IMG/VR virus record: IMGVR_UViG_2894097338_000001
Span: 58,342 to 122,341 of that record
Direction: 5' to 3' (one strand)
Source: a virus
Lineage: Duplodnaviria; Caudoviricetes
Length of the DNA stretch: 64,000 bases
Below, piece after piece: positions 1 through 10,875 of this stretch. A program made the position numbers and the translations under genes. The notes beneath the pieces were generated by a model. That model had not been told where the DNA came from. It saw nothing but the letters and a program-made list of their open reading frames with translations, and did not search any database. Positions within the stretch are counted from its first letter, which is position 1, and each line of letters opens with the position of its first letter.

Positions 1-66
1 ACTTAAGCATTAATTCATCTGGAATAGATTCATTCATCCATATTGTTTTATTCTTATCATCAATTC

Positions 67-387
67 TCATCTTAGCTCCTCCAATACTGTAACCGTTGCA
101 GAGTATTGGATTGCTCCATCATACTCGTTGATATGTCTCTCAAATGTTATATGCCCCTTATCCAGCATTTGCTGTGATAAGTCGATTGCCATTTGAGTTT
201 TAATTGCATTAATGTGTGTTTCGGTTAATGGATGTCTACCTACCTTATATAACCCTCTTAGTTCGAAAATATTCTTCATTGTCGGATATTTAATTGGCTC
301 AGAAATCGGTTTTAAGGGCTCTTCTACATGGGGGGTATACCCCGTTTTCTCATTTATATATTTTGCAAACTTATGTCTTAATTTCAT
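67..387 (-). CDS. hypothetical phage protein
   Basis: ORF with GGAGGAG RBS, co-directional in accessory array. Confidence 0.7.
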   Translation of the reverse strand: MKLRHKFAKYINEKTGYTPHVEEPLKPISEPIKYPTMKNIFELRGLYKVGRHPLTETHINAIKTQMAIDLSQQMLDKGHITFERHINEYDGAIQYSATVTVLEELR

Positions 388-401
388 TATTTAGTCTCCT
401 C

Positions 402-839
402 CTAATATCGCGGCCTAATACTGTCGCATACTGACTGAATATACTCTCTATCCTCAGAAAACAATTCTACAATTTCATCGCTCCACTTAGAAACATCAGA
501 TCCATACTCTTCCTTAAACACTGCTATGTTTTGGAAAGTAGAATACTCTTCAAATGTATTTTCACATATTGGACACAGTATACTGTCTTCTTTTGAAAAT
601 GAGCTGCACCTTCTAGCACACAACCTTTGTTTTTCAATATCATCTAGCATCTTTAAACTGTCTTCGCAGAATGATCTGAACTCCTCTATGTCCATTCCAA
701 TTCCTCTAGATATTCTACCCTGTTTAATTGATACAACAATGCTGTTATGCAGAGAAGATCCAGCTACGATACGACCGCCATCACTTCTCTCTATTAAAAC
801 TTCATGTTTAACATGACCATTTTTTAACACCTTTTTCAT
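402..839 (-). CDS. hypothetical protein with Cys (Zn-finger-like) cluster
   Basis: GGAGG RBS before MKKVLK (ATG at 839); CxxxC...CPIC motif. Confidence 0.65.
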   Translation of the reverse strand: MKKVLKNGHVKHEVLIERSDGGRIVAGSSLHNSIVVSIKQGRISRGIGMDIEEFRSFCEDSLKMLDDIEKQRLCARRCSSFSKEDSILCPICENTFEEYSTFQNIAVFKEEYGSDVSKWSDEIVELFSEDREYIQSVCDSIRPRY

Positions 840-877
840 AAAAATAATCCTCCATTCGATAAAGTGGACTAAATCCA

Positions 878-1315
878 CTATTCTACTTCGTTAGCCTCCA
901 GTTTTCTAAACATATGAAAGTCTTCAACTAAGATGTTTAATGCCTCAGACTCTGTTATGTATGCAGCATCCTTCATGTCTTCTACCGTATCCGCAAAGTA
1001 GTTTTTCTCTGATGTTTGTGGATCATCTAAAAGAAAAACTGGTTGAATACAATTCTCTAATGATAAAGCCCAGTAATACTTATCTTCTTCTATCTCATAT
1101 CCGTTTACCCAGGCGCTGACTGCAATAAGGAATCTCCGATCATCTTCTTCTTGGCTGTCATTGCTAAACAACCATCTTTGAACTGCTTTTGGCATAGGCT
1201 CATTGTCATTCCATGCAAATACTAGATTAAGATCGCATCCAGCTTCTTTTGTCTCTTTGATATAATCTGCCATAAACCTTGGTATTAAAACTTTATTTCT
1301 TTCCATATTTATCAC
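878..1315 (-). CDS. DUF1642-like phage protein
   Basis: IPRFMADYI...AWVNGYEIEEDKY motif typical of the family. Confidence 0.65.
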   Translation of the reverse strand: MINMERNKVLIPRFMADYIKETKEAGCDLNLVFAWNDNEPMPKAVQRWLFSNDSQEEDDRRFLIAVSAWVNGYEIEEDKYYWALSLENCIQPVFLLDDPQTSEKNYFADTVEDMKDAAYITESEALNILVEDFHMFRKLEANEVE

Positions 1316-1325
1316 TCAACCTCTT

Positions 1326-1535
1326 CTAAACCTGTTTAGTTTTTAATTTATCGCCACACATTGGACAATACTTAATTGTTCCGCTGCAGCTAAATGAGCT
1401 ATCTACTGAGTATGCATCGTAGCTAATCTTTAGTCTGTTCATACGAACGAATACTTTAAGTCTTGACGAAAAATATTCTCCGTCTTCAAACTCAACCACT
1501 TCAATCGCCTCTTCATTTTCACAGAATCCACACAT
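1326..1535 (-). CDS. small Zn-ribbon phage protein
   Basis: MCGFC...IKYCPMCG. Confidence 0.65.
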   Translation of the reverse strand: MCGFCENEEAIEVVEFEDGEYFSSRLKVFVRMNRLKISYDAYSVDSSFSCSGTIKYCPMCGDKLKTKQV

Positions 1536-1594
1536 AGACTTGCCCTCCTTCTGTCATTGATGCCTCTTTATAAAAGACGCATTTTATTAACCGA

Positions 1595-1810
1595 TTATTT
1601 AAACTTTTTGTAACTTCGTTTTAAATCTTTTTTACGCACAATCTGCTCTATACCATCGGAATTACGAAATACCCTACCTCCAGTTTTTTGATAAATCTCA
1701 CCAGTCCACATTACTACATCCCCAGTTTCAAATAAGTGAAAGCAAAATGGCTCTCCTTCTACAATCTCATATCTTCTATCCATATATTTCTTCTTTTGAC
1801 GTTTATTCAT
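1595..1810 (-). CDS. hypothetical protein
   Basis: Likely start MNKRQ overlapping the upstream stop. Confidence 0.55.
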   Translation of the reverse strand: MNKRQKKKYMDRRYEIVEGEPFCFHLFETGDVVMWTGEIYQKTGGRVFRNSDGIEQIVRKKDLKRSYKKFK

Positions 1811-2102
1811 TTTTTTCACCATCATCTTTCTCTGGCACATTGTATCTTTTCGCCTCACCAGTGTGCAGGTCTATATACCCAATTTCTAGATAGGTAGAAT
1901 CATTGCCTCTCAAACAATAGCGTGCAGTTTTTTCTAAGATGCCACTTTCTGATGGCGATGTTTCTATAATAGACTCAATCCCACTGACGCATTCAGTGTC
2001 AAATAAGAGCCATAATTTAAGATGTGTATCTTCTACTGGAGCTGTTATGCAAGTGATATCAGATATTTTAATATTTCTTGTTTTGTCTGCACTGCTAAGC
2101 AT
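1803..2102 (-). CDS. hypothetical protein
   Basis: ORF with RBS, in array. Confidence 0.55.
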   Translation of the reverse strand: MLSSADKTRNIKISDITCITAPVEDTHLKLWLLFDTECVSGIESIIETSPSESGILEKTARYCLRGNDSTYLEIGYIDLHTGEAKRYNVPEKDDGEKNE

Positions 2103-2115
2103 TTCATACCTCTTT

Positions 2116-2436
2116 CTACTGCTTCTTATAAGCAGCCTTTAATTTACTTCCTCTTGTAAACATAATTTGTGTATACATGACAACCATTGGTTTCTTGTAT
2201 TTCATTCTTATAGCCATGCCAACTGAAATCCAGTCACTTCCTGTATATTTCATTAACTTCCTCTTGGCAGCCAATCTGATGTAGTAATAATATATCTGTA
2301 GTGGGATTGCTATAATCCATAAGATAGACCAGACTAAAGTGTCGATTACAAGTCCCTGCTCGTAGATCGCATAGCCACAAATTCCAACGAATATTGTAAT
2401 AGCAATGAATACATATAAAGCTGCGTATGTTAACAT
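2116..2436 (-). CDS. two-TM membrane protein
   Basis: Two hydrophobic N-terminal segments. Confidence 0.65.
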   Translation of the reverse strand: MLTYAALYVFIAITIFVGICGYAIYEQGLVIDTLVWSILWIIAIPLQIYYYYIRLAAKRKLMKYTGSDWISVGMAIRMKYKKPMVVMYTQIMFTRGSKLKAAYKKQ

Positions 2437-2981
2437 GATTCCTCCAGTGAAGCCTCTAATTCTAGAAGCTCTTCTTCTTTTTTATTTTTATATTTGTTTT
2501 TGGTTCGTTTATGGAAATAGGCTTCCTGTTCCTCAGTAGCAACTTTGAATGCTCCTTGACCAGTGGTTAGAGACATATCATCTAATCTAAATGAGTAAGT
2601 TCTTCCATTGCCTTTTCTCTTCCAGTTTACATATTCAAGAGTTATGCCAAATTGTCCTACATCTATAACCATTGCTAGCCATGATTCATCCCTTCCAAAG
2701 AAGTCGTTCTTCATAAACCAGATTGACCCAACTTCAATGTGCTCTCCCCATTTGTTCATTCCATATGGTAAAACCTTCCAGCTATCGTTAAATTCTTCGT
2801 ATGTTATATCAGATGTTTTAACTCTAGTTCCATCTTTACACCTAAGATTGACTCTGACCTCCTTGTGAGATCCGTTATCTCCTTTTGATGAAGTAACCAT
2901 CGTTCCAGTTTCGCCTGTCTTCACATTTAAGGCTTCTCTACTTCTATACATTGATACATATTTTACAGCCATTAATTTCAC
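2430..2981 (-). CDS. hypothetical protein
   Basis: 183-aa ORF in array. Confidence 0.7.
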   Translation of the reverse strand: MKLMAVKYVSMYRSREALNVKTGETGTMVTSSKGDNGSHKEVRVNLRCKDGTRVKTSDITYEEFNDSWKVLPYGMNKWGEHIEVGSIWFMKNDFFGRDESWLAMVIDVGQFGITLEYVNWKRKGNGRTYSFRLDDMSLTTGQGAFKVATEEQEAYFHKRTKNKYKNKKEEELLELEASLEESC

Positions 2982-3004
2982 TTCCTTTAAATCGATTCTA
3001 AGAT

Positions 3005-3667
3005 CTATTTGTGAATGATTACCCCTTTAGGTTTTGAACTTGCACCAGAATCTCCCTCTGACGACTTGCTATTTTTTACGAATTTACTTCTCAGCCATTT
3101 CCAAAAAGTATCGGTTTCTTTTAAGCGATTGTTTTCTTTTTCTAACTTTTCTAACTTACTTTTTAATTCTGCAATATCCTTGTTCTTATATCGAACACTT
3201 GTGTCAAGACTTTTGTTCTCTCTAATAAACGATTGTCGTTGAAGTTTAAGGTGAGTAACTGTATTTTTAAGTTCACCATTTTTAACAACCAGTAAACTAT
3301 TAGCTTTATGAGCATTTAATAAGCTGGACTGAGTTACACCCAGGAACTCGATTGATCCAAGCTCGCTATTCACTGTAAAACCAGCAACTGGAACATCTAA
3401 TACCTGTGCTAACAGTAATTCAATATTATCTACATAAACTTCTGTTTCTAATCTTGATTTAGAACTGCCTTTTAATGATCCCTTTTTAACATCGTTATAT
3501 GTAACGACTTCAATATTTAACCCCATCATTTCAGCCTGTTCATAGATAAACTTTTGCTGTTGATGATCTGATACTAATATTGGCACGCCTCTTAAGGCTG
3601 CCTCTTTAATTACTCTTGTTGTCTTTCCTTCTGCTCTGCCACTTGTAAAAATTTTTAACATTCCCAT
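3005..3667 (-). CDS. P-loop-like protein with C-terminal coiled coil
   Basis: SGRAEGKTT Walker A-like motif, VYVD Walker B-like motif, heptad-rich C-terminus. Confidence 0.6.
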   Translation of the reverse strand: MGMLKIFTSGRAEGKTTRVIKEAALRGVPILVSDHQQQKFIYEQAEMMGLNIEVVTYNDVKKGSLKGSSKSRLETEVYVDNIELLLAQVLDVPVAGFTVNSELGSIEFLGVTQSSLLNAHKANSLLVVKNGELKNTVTHLKLQRQSFIRENKSLDTSVRYKNKDIAELKSKLEKLEKENNRLKETDTFWKWLRSKFVKNSKSSEGDSGASSKPKGVIIHK

Positions 3668-3687
3668 TCCTCCTAAGTTGTAAAAAA

Positions 3688-4014
3688 TTATGCTACATTA
3701 GAAAATGCTGTCATGCCATCGTCCGTTAATACGTACCACGCTACTTTTCTTCCAGTCGAATTGTCTTTAACTTTGCCGCTAACTGCCACAAGTCCCGCTT
3801 TAACCAATTCATTCAAACGTGGATGAACTTGATTTCTCTCTGGTGTAGCGACCTTTCCTTCAAAATGTAGGTGAGCTGCTAATTGTTTAGCAGTTACACC
3901 ATTTTGAAATTCGGTTTGCATTGTTTGAATAACTAACTTTTGACGTGTTTGAATCGCTCCAGTTTTCTCCATTAAAAACGAATTATTTCTAGTTGCAATC
4001 GTTGTTGAACTCAT
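3688..4014 (-). CDS. winged-helix DNA-binding protein
   Basis: GVTAKQLAAHL...VHPRLNELVKAGLV pattern. Confidence 0.65.
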   Translation of the reverse strand: MSSTTIATRNNSFLMEKTGAIQTRQKLVIQTMQTEFQNGVTAKQLAAHLHFEGKVATPERNQVHPRLNELVKAGLVAVSGKVKDNSTGRKVAWYVLTDDGMTAFSNVA

Positions 4015-4027
4015 TTCTCTTTTCCTC

Positions 4028-4372
4028 CTATTTAACCTGTTCCAAGTGAATTGATTCTAATGCACCAGTCTCATCATTAACCTCAAAGCTTGTCGCACCA
4101 TAAATCTCATCGTTATAGTCCATATCAAGTTCGATTAATAAGACTGTAGGATTCTCCTTGTCTAATGCAGCTGCTACAATTCTGTTATCCGTCTCAAGTA
4201 ATTGTCTACCAACCTTTTGAACCTCGTGATAGTATTTTAGAACCTTTTCTGGAATTTCCTCTCCAACCTCTTTGTAGCTGGTGAACTTTTCGTCCAGTAA
4301 GGCGACTGTTTCATGTAAAACCTCGTCGTTTAAAATTTTTGATTGTAAAACCTTTTTGATCTCTGTATTCAT
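4028..4372 (-). CDS. hypothetical protein
   Basis: ORF with AAAGGAG RBS. Confidence 0.7.
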   Translation of the reverse strand: MNTEIKKVLQSKILNDEVLHETVALLDEKFTSYKEVGEEIPEKVLKYYHEVQKVGRQLLETDNRIVAAALDKENPTVLLIELDMDYNDEIYGATSFEVNDETGALESIHLEQVK

Positions 4373-4416
4373 AATATACTCTCCTTTATATAAGTTGTCA
4401 ATACTTATGGTTAATT

Positions 4417-5616
4417 TTATTTATCTTTCTTTTTTGCATCGAATAATTTGTTCTTACGAATAGATTTAAGTCGTTTAACCCAGTATTCCTTTTTGGTTTC
4501 TGATTTAACCCATTTAGATCCAACTAGCTCATTCTTAGGCTTGTTTTCTCCTTCTACAATTTCAATTAAATCTCCTGGTTCAAAAGGAACATTATTGTAA
4601 AGCTTCGATCCGACCTTGATTTCAACCATTTTGCCATGTTTGATATTAAATACTCTGGCGGTTGTTCTCGTTTTTCTGACAATTATATCAGTAACAAAAG
4701 CATATTTTCCAGGAATGTGTTCGAATGATGTTGTAACTCGACCAGTGTAGAATAGTTCGTTCTCAAGTGTTTCTACGGCCTTATAGTCATCAATCTTTTT
4801 ACTATTGAAAGCATCTAATATCATATTAAAGTTCTTGAATTTACCTGCATACGTTTTGTTTTTTGGTTTATATTTATTATTAAATAATTCATATGCAGTC
4901 ATTAATTGTTTAGGATTTCCAAATTCTGAAAAGTAGTTTAATTTAATTAATGGCTCCATATTTCTCTTATCTAAAGATGGAAGTGGAGTACCAATGACTT
5001 CATACTTATCTGGATTGGCTTTAATATCCTTGTCTAGTGCCTTAACTTCCTCTTCTGTATACGTTGTGTAAATTTCGTACAAACCTTTAACTTTACCATC
5101 AATTACTAAGCTTGTACCATCTTTGATACGAAGCATGAACTCAATCCAGTTTTTAAATTCTTCATCTTTTAATGAATATAAATCGTCTCCAGATCTCATA
5201 TTACAGTTCTTAATAGGTGAGGTTCCTTGATAGATTGTTTTTGTTTCAGTATCCATGAAGTATTCACCTTTTGAATATCTGAATTTTGGTTTTTCTAGTT
5301 TAATATTTTTAGATTCAGCATATTCTAAAAGTTTAACCGTTTTCTCCTGATCTCCGCCCCATACAATTAAACCTGCAGTACAAAATTCAACTGGATAGTA
5401 GTATCGTAACCATGTACAGATATATCCAATATAGCTATATGCGGAGGCGTGATTAATGGAGAAGCCATAGTTTACTGAGTCTAGGAATACTTGTACAAAG
5501 CTGTCTGCAACTTCTGTAGCATGTTCTTCCGTATCTCCGTATTTTTCTACCATCGTTCTAATGAATGACGGTTTGATTTTAGGAACTTCTTCATCCATTA
5601 TTTTATGATCCTTTTT
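4417..5616 (-). CDS. dnaE: DNA polymerase III alpha subunit, exon 2
   Basis: YGFSINHASAYSYIGY...LRYYYPVEF DnaE motif; resumes as AAA AAG GAT CAT (KKDH) after the intron omega-G at 5617; 1200 nt, in frame. Confidence 0.9.
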   Translation of the reverse strand, partial: KKDHKIMDEEVPKIKPSFIRTMVEKYGDTEEHATEVADSFVQVFLDSVNYGFSINHASAYSYIGYICTWLRYYYPVEFCTAGLIVWGGDQEKTVKLLEYAESKNIKLEKPKFRYSKGEYFMDTETKTIYQGTSPIKNCNMRSGDDLYSLKDEEFKNWIEFMLRIKDGTSLVIDGKVKGLYEIYTTYTEEEVKALDKDIKANPDKYEVIGTPLPSLDKRNMEPLIKLNYFSEFGNPKQLMTAYELFNNKYKPKNKTYAGKFKNFNMILDAFNSKKIDDYKAVETLENELFYTGRVTTSFEHIPGKYAFVTDIIVRKTRTTARVFNIKHGKMVEIKVGSKLYNNVPFEPGDLIEIVEGENKPKNELVGSKWVKSETKKEYWVKRLKSIRKNKLFDAKKKDK

Positions 5617-6928
5617 CGATTGTTGTTAACCTGTAGCTTTTTATCTACAGCTCTGGAGGTTTCCCTCATTTCCATCTGACGGTCATTTCCGCCCCAGTCT
5701 AGCATACATTTCCACCCTCGTTTAACGTTAGGCTCTTTTGAGGTATCTTTTATAAAGATACGTGAGGAACACTCGTGGTGGCATTATATTCTCTTGCGAG
5801 GTTCAGCCACTATGCGTTACGGTATCAAACGGCTTTATCCCTTTTGATTACCTCGGTATTAACATATTGATTATATACTTTCGTAAATTTTTGAAATTTT
5901 CTATCTAGCCAAAATATATCCTTTGAGTAATATAAATACTCATATAAAGCCAACACGTCTCTTATTCTACTAATCCTTAGACTAAGTATGTTCGAACCAT
6001 ACTTACTCATATCAACTAAGTTGTTGGCACTCTTGGTTAAAACATATTCGTTTTTGAGAATTTTATCTAATGTCACTCCGAACTTCTCATCCACGCAAAA
6101 TGCTGCATAACCTTGACAATTATCAACGCTCTTTACTTTTCCTGTTATAGTACCGTCTCCATCAAAATAACCTCTAATAAAGTCTGGATAGAACCTTTTA
6201 GGAATTTCTGGAAACTCCAGGTTGGCACATTGTTTACCCTTTACAACGTTATATTGTTTAAGATCATTGACAATATCAATGGATCCCAGATAGCAAACCG
6301 TATACAAGTGGCCTCGTCTTTCATAATCTTTCTTAACAGCAGTTGGACAAATTTCTGAGATAATAAAATCAATTATCTCCTCATCCTTTTTTGCACATTC
6401 AAGACGTAACAACTTTCCAGTAACTCTTCCATCTGCTGTTAGGTATCCTAATACGTAGGCCTTATTTGAGTTGTCGATTTCTTTAAAGTAGTCGTGAACG
6501 GTATTTCTATTATAATTCCCCCTTCCCTGTCCTCTGGAGTATCCACCGTTCTTTACTGTCAACTCAATTGTTTTTTGGTTACACCTTTCCTTGAAATGTC
6601 TCTCCCAAATTTCAACAGAGTTTAGATATTCCTCGCAGTACAGGGTCTTAACCAGGTCTTTCTCTTTGGCTGTCAGAGAAAAAGCGCTTGTTCTTCCACA
6701 TTTTTTAAGAAATCGTCCAATCGTCGTATCACTTCTATTTAAGATATTGGCTATATCTACATTTGTATATTTTTCATCATTTAATTTAAGTATAGTTTCT
6801 TTCTCACCATCTGTGAGTAATGTTCTTTTCGTCATTTATACGCTCCTTAAGAGTATATAACCAACTTAGTCTCCACCGATTTTGCTCCTTTACGACTAGA
6901 TGTTTCCATTCTAGCTAGGCAAAAATTT
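5617..6928 (-). mobile_element. group I intron in dnaE (1312 nt) carrying a homing endonuclease
   Basis: Exon 1 ends ...ATC GGT (U); intron starts AAATTTTTGCC (P1 with U.G wobble); AATCGGTG/ATACCGAGG (P4); GTAACGCATAG...GTATGCTAGACT (P7); ends AACAACAATCG; splicing restores RRGIG|KKDHKIM. Confidence 0.88.
5825..6835 (-). CDS. intron-encoded double-motif LAGLIDADG homing endonuclease with N-terminal HTH
   Basis: YVLGYLTADG and FIRGYFDGDG motifs; own AAGGAG RBS inside the intron. Confidence 0.9.
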   Translation of the reverse strand: MTKRTLLTDGEKETILKLNDEKYTNVDIANILNRSDTTIGRFLKKCGRTSAFSLTAKEKDLVKTLYCEEYLNSVEIWERHFKERCNQKTIELTVKNGGYSRGQGRGNYNRNTVHDYFKEIDNSNKAYVLGYLTADGRVTGKLLRLECAKKDEEIIDFIISEICPTAVKKDYERRGHLYTVCYLGSIDIVNDLKQYNVVKGKQCANLEFPEIPKRFYPDFIRGYFDGDGTITGKVKSVDNCQGYAAFCVDEKFGVTLDKILKNEYVLTKSANNLVDMSKYGSNILSLRISRIRDVLALYEYLYYSKDIFWLDRKFQKFTKVYNQYVNTEVIKRDKAV

Positions 6929-9016
6929 ACCGATTCCTCGTCTTATTAAGTCAGCCTGTGCTGTACTCCAGCCACAAAACTCTTCTAAGAACGCGGTCTG
7001 TTGTTCTTGATATACTAAGTATCCAAGTGTATCTTTAAAGAAATCATTAAGTGCCTCATGACCATTGTCGTGAAACTCACCCATTAATATTGAGTCAATC
7101 GTTGATGCTCCCGACGGCCTTTGCGCAGCGTTCAATAGGCTTAACAGGTCTATCATTTTTAAATCTGGATTCTGTTTTCTAATCTTAGAAATAACCTGCG
7201 GCTGAAATAGATCTTTTACCAGTTTTCCAGCTCTAACACCTTCAAATTGAAAAATTCCAATATTTGACTCCCTCATTGAATCCCATACTTTTTCATCCTC
7301 AAAGTCTATTATATCCGTTGAGTCTGGAGTTAATCTAGGTAGCCCAACTAAATCTGCAGTGATGTTGATTAATCCCATGTTATCCAGTCCAAGAACGTCA
7401 AGTTTAACGAAGTTTAAAAAGTCTACTTCTTTCATTGTTAACTCCGTCACTGGATAGTCCCATTTTGAAATTGTCATTGTCCCCATTTCAGAATCGAGAT
7501 CTCTAGTTGTTACAACAACTCCAGCCGCATGTCGGCCTATTGACGTCATAACACCAACTACTTTGAACGCTGTATCGAACAATTCTTTATGCGCTTCGTA
7601 TAGATCGAAAGGATAATCGCCGTCATCATCTATTTTCTTGGTTATTTCGTTTGTTACATCGGCGTTATAGCCCATTGATCTACCGATATCCTTGATTGCG
7701 CCTTTCAGTCCAACTGTATTCTTAGTTACAATACTTGCGCATGTTAGGTCTGGATGCTCTAATAAGAACTTCTGAACCCTATCTCGGTCTGGCTTATAGT
7801 AGTCAGAGTCTATGTCTGCTAGAGAGATACGCTCTGGATTCATGAACCTCTCAAAGTTTAGTCCGTGTTCTATAGAGTCCATTTCTGTTAATCCTATCAG
7901 ATATGCTATCAAGCTACCAGATACAGATCCACGTCCATATCCAGAGTAGATCTTCTCTGGCTCCGTAAAGTCTTTCACTGTTCTCTCTAGCAGCATATAG
8001 TTAACAGAGCCTGTCTTTTTATATGTTGCATATTCGTGTTTAATTCTTTTAGCATATTGCTTCTGAGTCTCTTTTGGAAGTCTCGCAATATTTCTTGTTT
8101 TTAATCCTTTTTTGATTCTTTTTTGAAACTCTTCTTCTGGGTTATCGTAAAGCTGAGGATACTTAATCGATCTCTCAAACTCAAATTCCTCTATAGAGTC
8201 AACTATAACCATCGTGTTATCTAAGGCTGTCTCAACTTGCTCTCTTGTTAATACGCCTTGAGTTTCGAATGATTCGATCATTGCGTCTCTTGACTTAGCT
8301 GTTAAGTCTAATTCATCCTCTCCAGCAAATTCAATTTTTTTGGCCTTTTTCATAATCTGTCTTAAATTGTCGTGCTCTTCATTAAGTGCATGAACATCAT
8401 TAGTTGCTACCAGATTCATTCCATGTTTTTCGGCCATTCTCAATAGGATTTTATTATATTGAACCTGTTCTGGATCTGTATGAGGTTGAACCTCTAAATA
8501 AACTCTATGTTTATTCTCTGCGAAAAAGTTCATCCATCTACTAAATGCTTCTTTGTTTTTGTTTTTTGCGTGCTGCCATAATGGATTCCCCAAACATGCG
8601 GTAAGGATAATAATGTTATCACTTGTGTTTTTAATCTCTTCAAAAGAGTTACGAGGATTGAAATAATAGTGTCCGTCTTCTCTATTATGTGCGATAGATG
8701 AAAGTCTATTAATCTCTTTAACCCCTTCTTCATTTTTTGCAATCATCGTTAAATGATAATTATCCCTAACCTTTTCGTCCAATGACTCTGTTACATATGC
8801 CTCTATTGCGTGAATGTATTTAAGTCCAGCTTTTTCAACCATTTGCTTCTTCTGAACCCAGTTTAATATCGTACCGTGTTCAGTGAAAGCTACGGCTGGT
8901 GCTCCCTGCTCTTGCGCCAATTTAATATAATCCTCTGGTTTACTCACACACTCGAACATATTACTATTGCTGCGATCAGAATGCATATGTAAATGTACAA
9001 ATTGTTTGTTACACAT
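6929..9016 (-). CDS. dnaE: DNA polymerase III alpha subunit, exon 1 (PHP and palm)
   Basis: HLHMHS PHP motif, GRGSVSGSLIAY, FERFMNPER, ADIDSD, GRHAAGVV, KLDVLGL. Confidence 0.95.
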
Positions 9017-9080
9017 CTATTTACTTCCTCCCTATTCCGATAATCTCCAGTTGCCTGGAGTTGTAAAAAACTTATGCTAT

Positions 9081-10235
9081 TTAAGCAAATAACTCATCAA
9101 TATCATCTTCCGTCATATCAACTGAGCTATTGTGTAACCTTTGTTGCTCCTGGTACCCTTTATGAAGATGAAGTAATCCAGAAAGTTGTTCATAGTAAAA
9201 TTTGTTACTAAAATCAATCACAGGCTCTGGAAATGCTGCCTCTAAATCGTCTGACGCTTCTAGTTCCAGGCACTCTTGACATTTTTCAGATAGCAATTTG
9301 TCCAAAGCATCAGCATCTTCTTGAGTGACTGGTACATCAATATAACAATTCTCTACTCTGAAACGATCTTTAACCGATTGAGGTAAGCAATCCAGAGATT
9401 CCTCTTCTACTGCTTGATCAACCAGGTCATCAATCTCTACTAAATCAAGGTCTGGACAAGTCCATTGAATTGCCTTTCTGATATTATTAGCAGACTTAGA
9501 AACCCATTCCGTTCTTAGTTTTCTAGAAGGTTTAAATTTACCTTCTTCTTTGATCTCACCTTTTGAGTTCGTTTTATCTTTCATCTTGAAGTAGACATTA
9601 ACATATTTCATCATATCAAAACGAAGATTCATTTCCTCAAACGGAATATTAAATCTCTGACTAACTGCCATAGAATACAACAGTAACTGTCTTGATTTTT
9701 CCTTTAATGATTTTCCAGTAAATCCAGTATCTGTCGATGACTTATAATCTACAAGGTGAGTGATACCTTTATCATCTTTATAGATTGAATCGACATACCC
9801 AACAAATACAAGCGGCTCGCCAGTCTTAGCAAGTTTTGTTTTATAAATTACTGGAAGCTCATTACGAATTTTAAAGTTTGGAATTTCAGTATTCTGGAAG
9901 TAGTGCTCTAAAGATGAGATATATGTTGCCTCAGCCTTTTGGCTTGTAAACTTCATGCCTCTGTCATTTAATCTCCACTCTTCAACCTTATCATTAAATA
10001 CGTCGATCATTTTTTCGTACGGATAATCCCCGTCGATATGATCCTGGATGGTATCATGTCCGATGGTTCCAAATAATGTATAGATATTCCCGTCGTTGTA
10101 ATTTCCCTCTAGGTACTTCATTCTATACTCCCAGGCGTGATCGACGTAGCACGAGAAGCGTGACCAACTCCATATTCTATCTACTCCATACTTCTCTTTA
10201 AGTGCATTTGTTTGTTCTCTTGTTAATCTAGCCAT
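9081..10235 (-). CDS. PD-(D/E)XK (RecB-like) nuclease
   Basis: SWSRFSCY, FGTIGHD, GYVDSI...LVDYKSS, QLLLY motifs. Confidence 0.8.
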   Translation of the reverse strand: MARLTREQTNALKEKYGVDRIWSWSRFSCYVDHAWEYRMKYLEGNYNDGNIYTLFGTIGHDTIQDHIDGDYPYEKMIDVFNDKVEEWRLNDRGMKFTSQKAEATYISSLEHYFQNTEIPNFKIRNELPVIYKTKLAKTGEPLVFVGYVDSIYKDDKGITHLVDYKSSTDTGFTGKSLKEKSRQLLLYSMAVSQRFNIPFEEMNLRFDMMKYVNVYFKMKDKTNSKGEIKEEGKFKPSRKLRTEWVSKSANNIRKAIQWTCPDLDLVEIDDLVDQAVEEESLDCLPQSVKDRFRVENCYIDVPVTQEDADALDKLLSEKCQECLELEASDDLEAAFPEPVIDFSNKFYYEQLSGLLHLHKGYQEQQRLHNSSVDMTEDDIDELFA

Positions 10236-10263
10236 TCACTATCTCTCTCCTTTATTTAATACT

Positions 10264-10322
10264 AAAAGGGATGTACGGCAGCGAAAGTCTAATTCAACTA
10301 CCACCATCATACATCCCTTTTA
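10264..10322 (-). terminator. intergenic stem-loop (terminator or processing site)
   Basis: AAAAGGGATGTA...TACATCCCTTTT 12-bp stem. Confidence 0.5.
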
Positions 10323-10344
10323 TATAGTTGTCAATACTTATGGT

Positions 10345-10866
10345 TTATTTTAAATTTAATAATTTACTATAAACCTCACCGACAAGCTCTGGAATACCTT
10401 TGTTATTATTGATTACAATATCTGCTCTTACATCATCCACAGATAATTCAGTTTCATGATCGAAAGCTTTTAGGTCAAACTTTTCGACCGCTTCGATTCT
10501 TCTAATTCTAGTTTCTGCATCAGCTACAACTTTTACGATTGTATAGCCAGCTTCTCTAAGCGCTAACTCTTCATTTCTCTGACGAACGTCGCTTATTACG
10601 ATTAACGATGGATTGTGAGACTCAATTCTCTTAAGCATCTTTTTAATCCATACATGAGAATCAATTTCTCTCATATCCTGGCCAATCTTTTGGTATAACG
10701 CTCTCTTTGAAAGGCCATGCTCGCCATCTGAAAATAATAGCTCTACAGTATCACCAATTCCAGCACCTAGCTTATATTCAGAATATCCGTAATCTGATAA
10801 AATCTCTGCTACAGTGTCTTTTCCACTTCTCATTTTTCCAACAAGTGCAATTTTCTTAATACTCAT
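10345..10866 (-). CDS. deoxynucleoside monophosphate kinase
   Basis: GKMRSGKDT P-loop, YQKIGQDMR, ISDVRQRNE, HETE. Confidence 0.85.
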   Translation of the reverse strand: MSIKKIALVGKMRSGKDTVAEILSDYGYSEYKLGAGIGDTVELLFSDGEHGLSKRALYQKIGQDMREIDSHVWIKKMLKRIESHNPSLIVISDVRQRNEELALREAGYTIVKVVADAETRIRRIEAVEKFDLKAFDHETELSVDDVRADIVINNNKGIPELVGEVYSKLLNLK

Positions 10867-10875
10867 TTTTCTCTC

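Noticed and set aside
4417-9016. dnaE as a broken pseudogene or intein-containing gene
   Set aside because: Splice signals restore the frame exactly, and the inserted ORF has its own RBS and stop and no intein termini.
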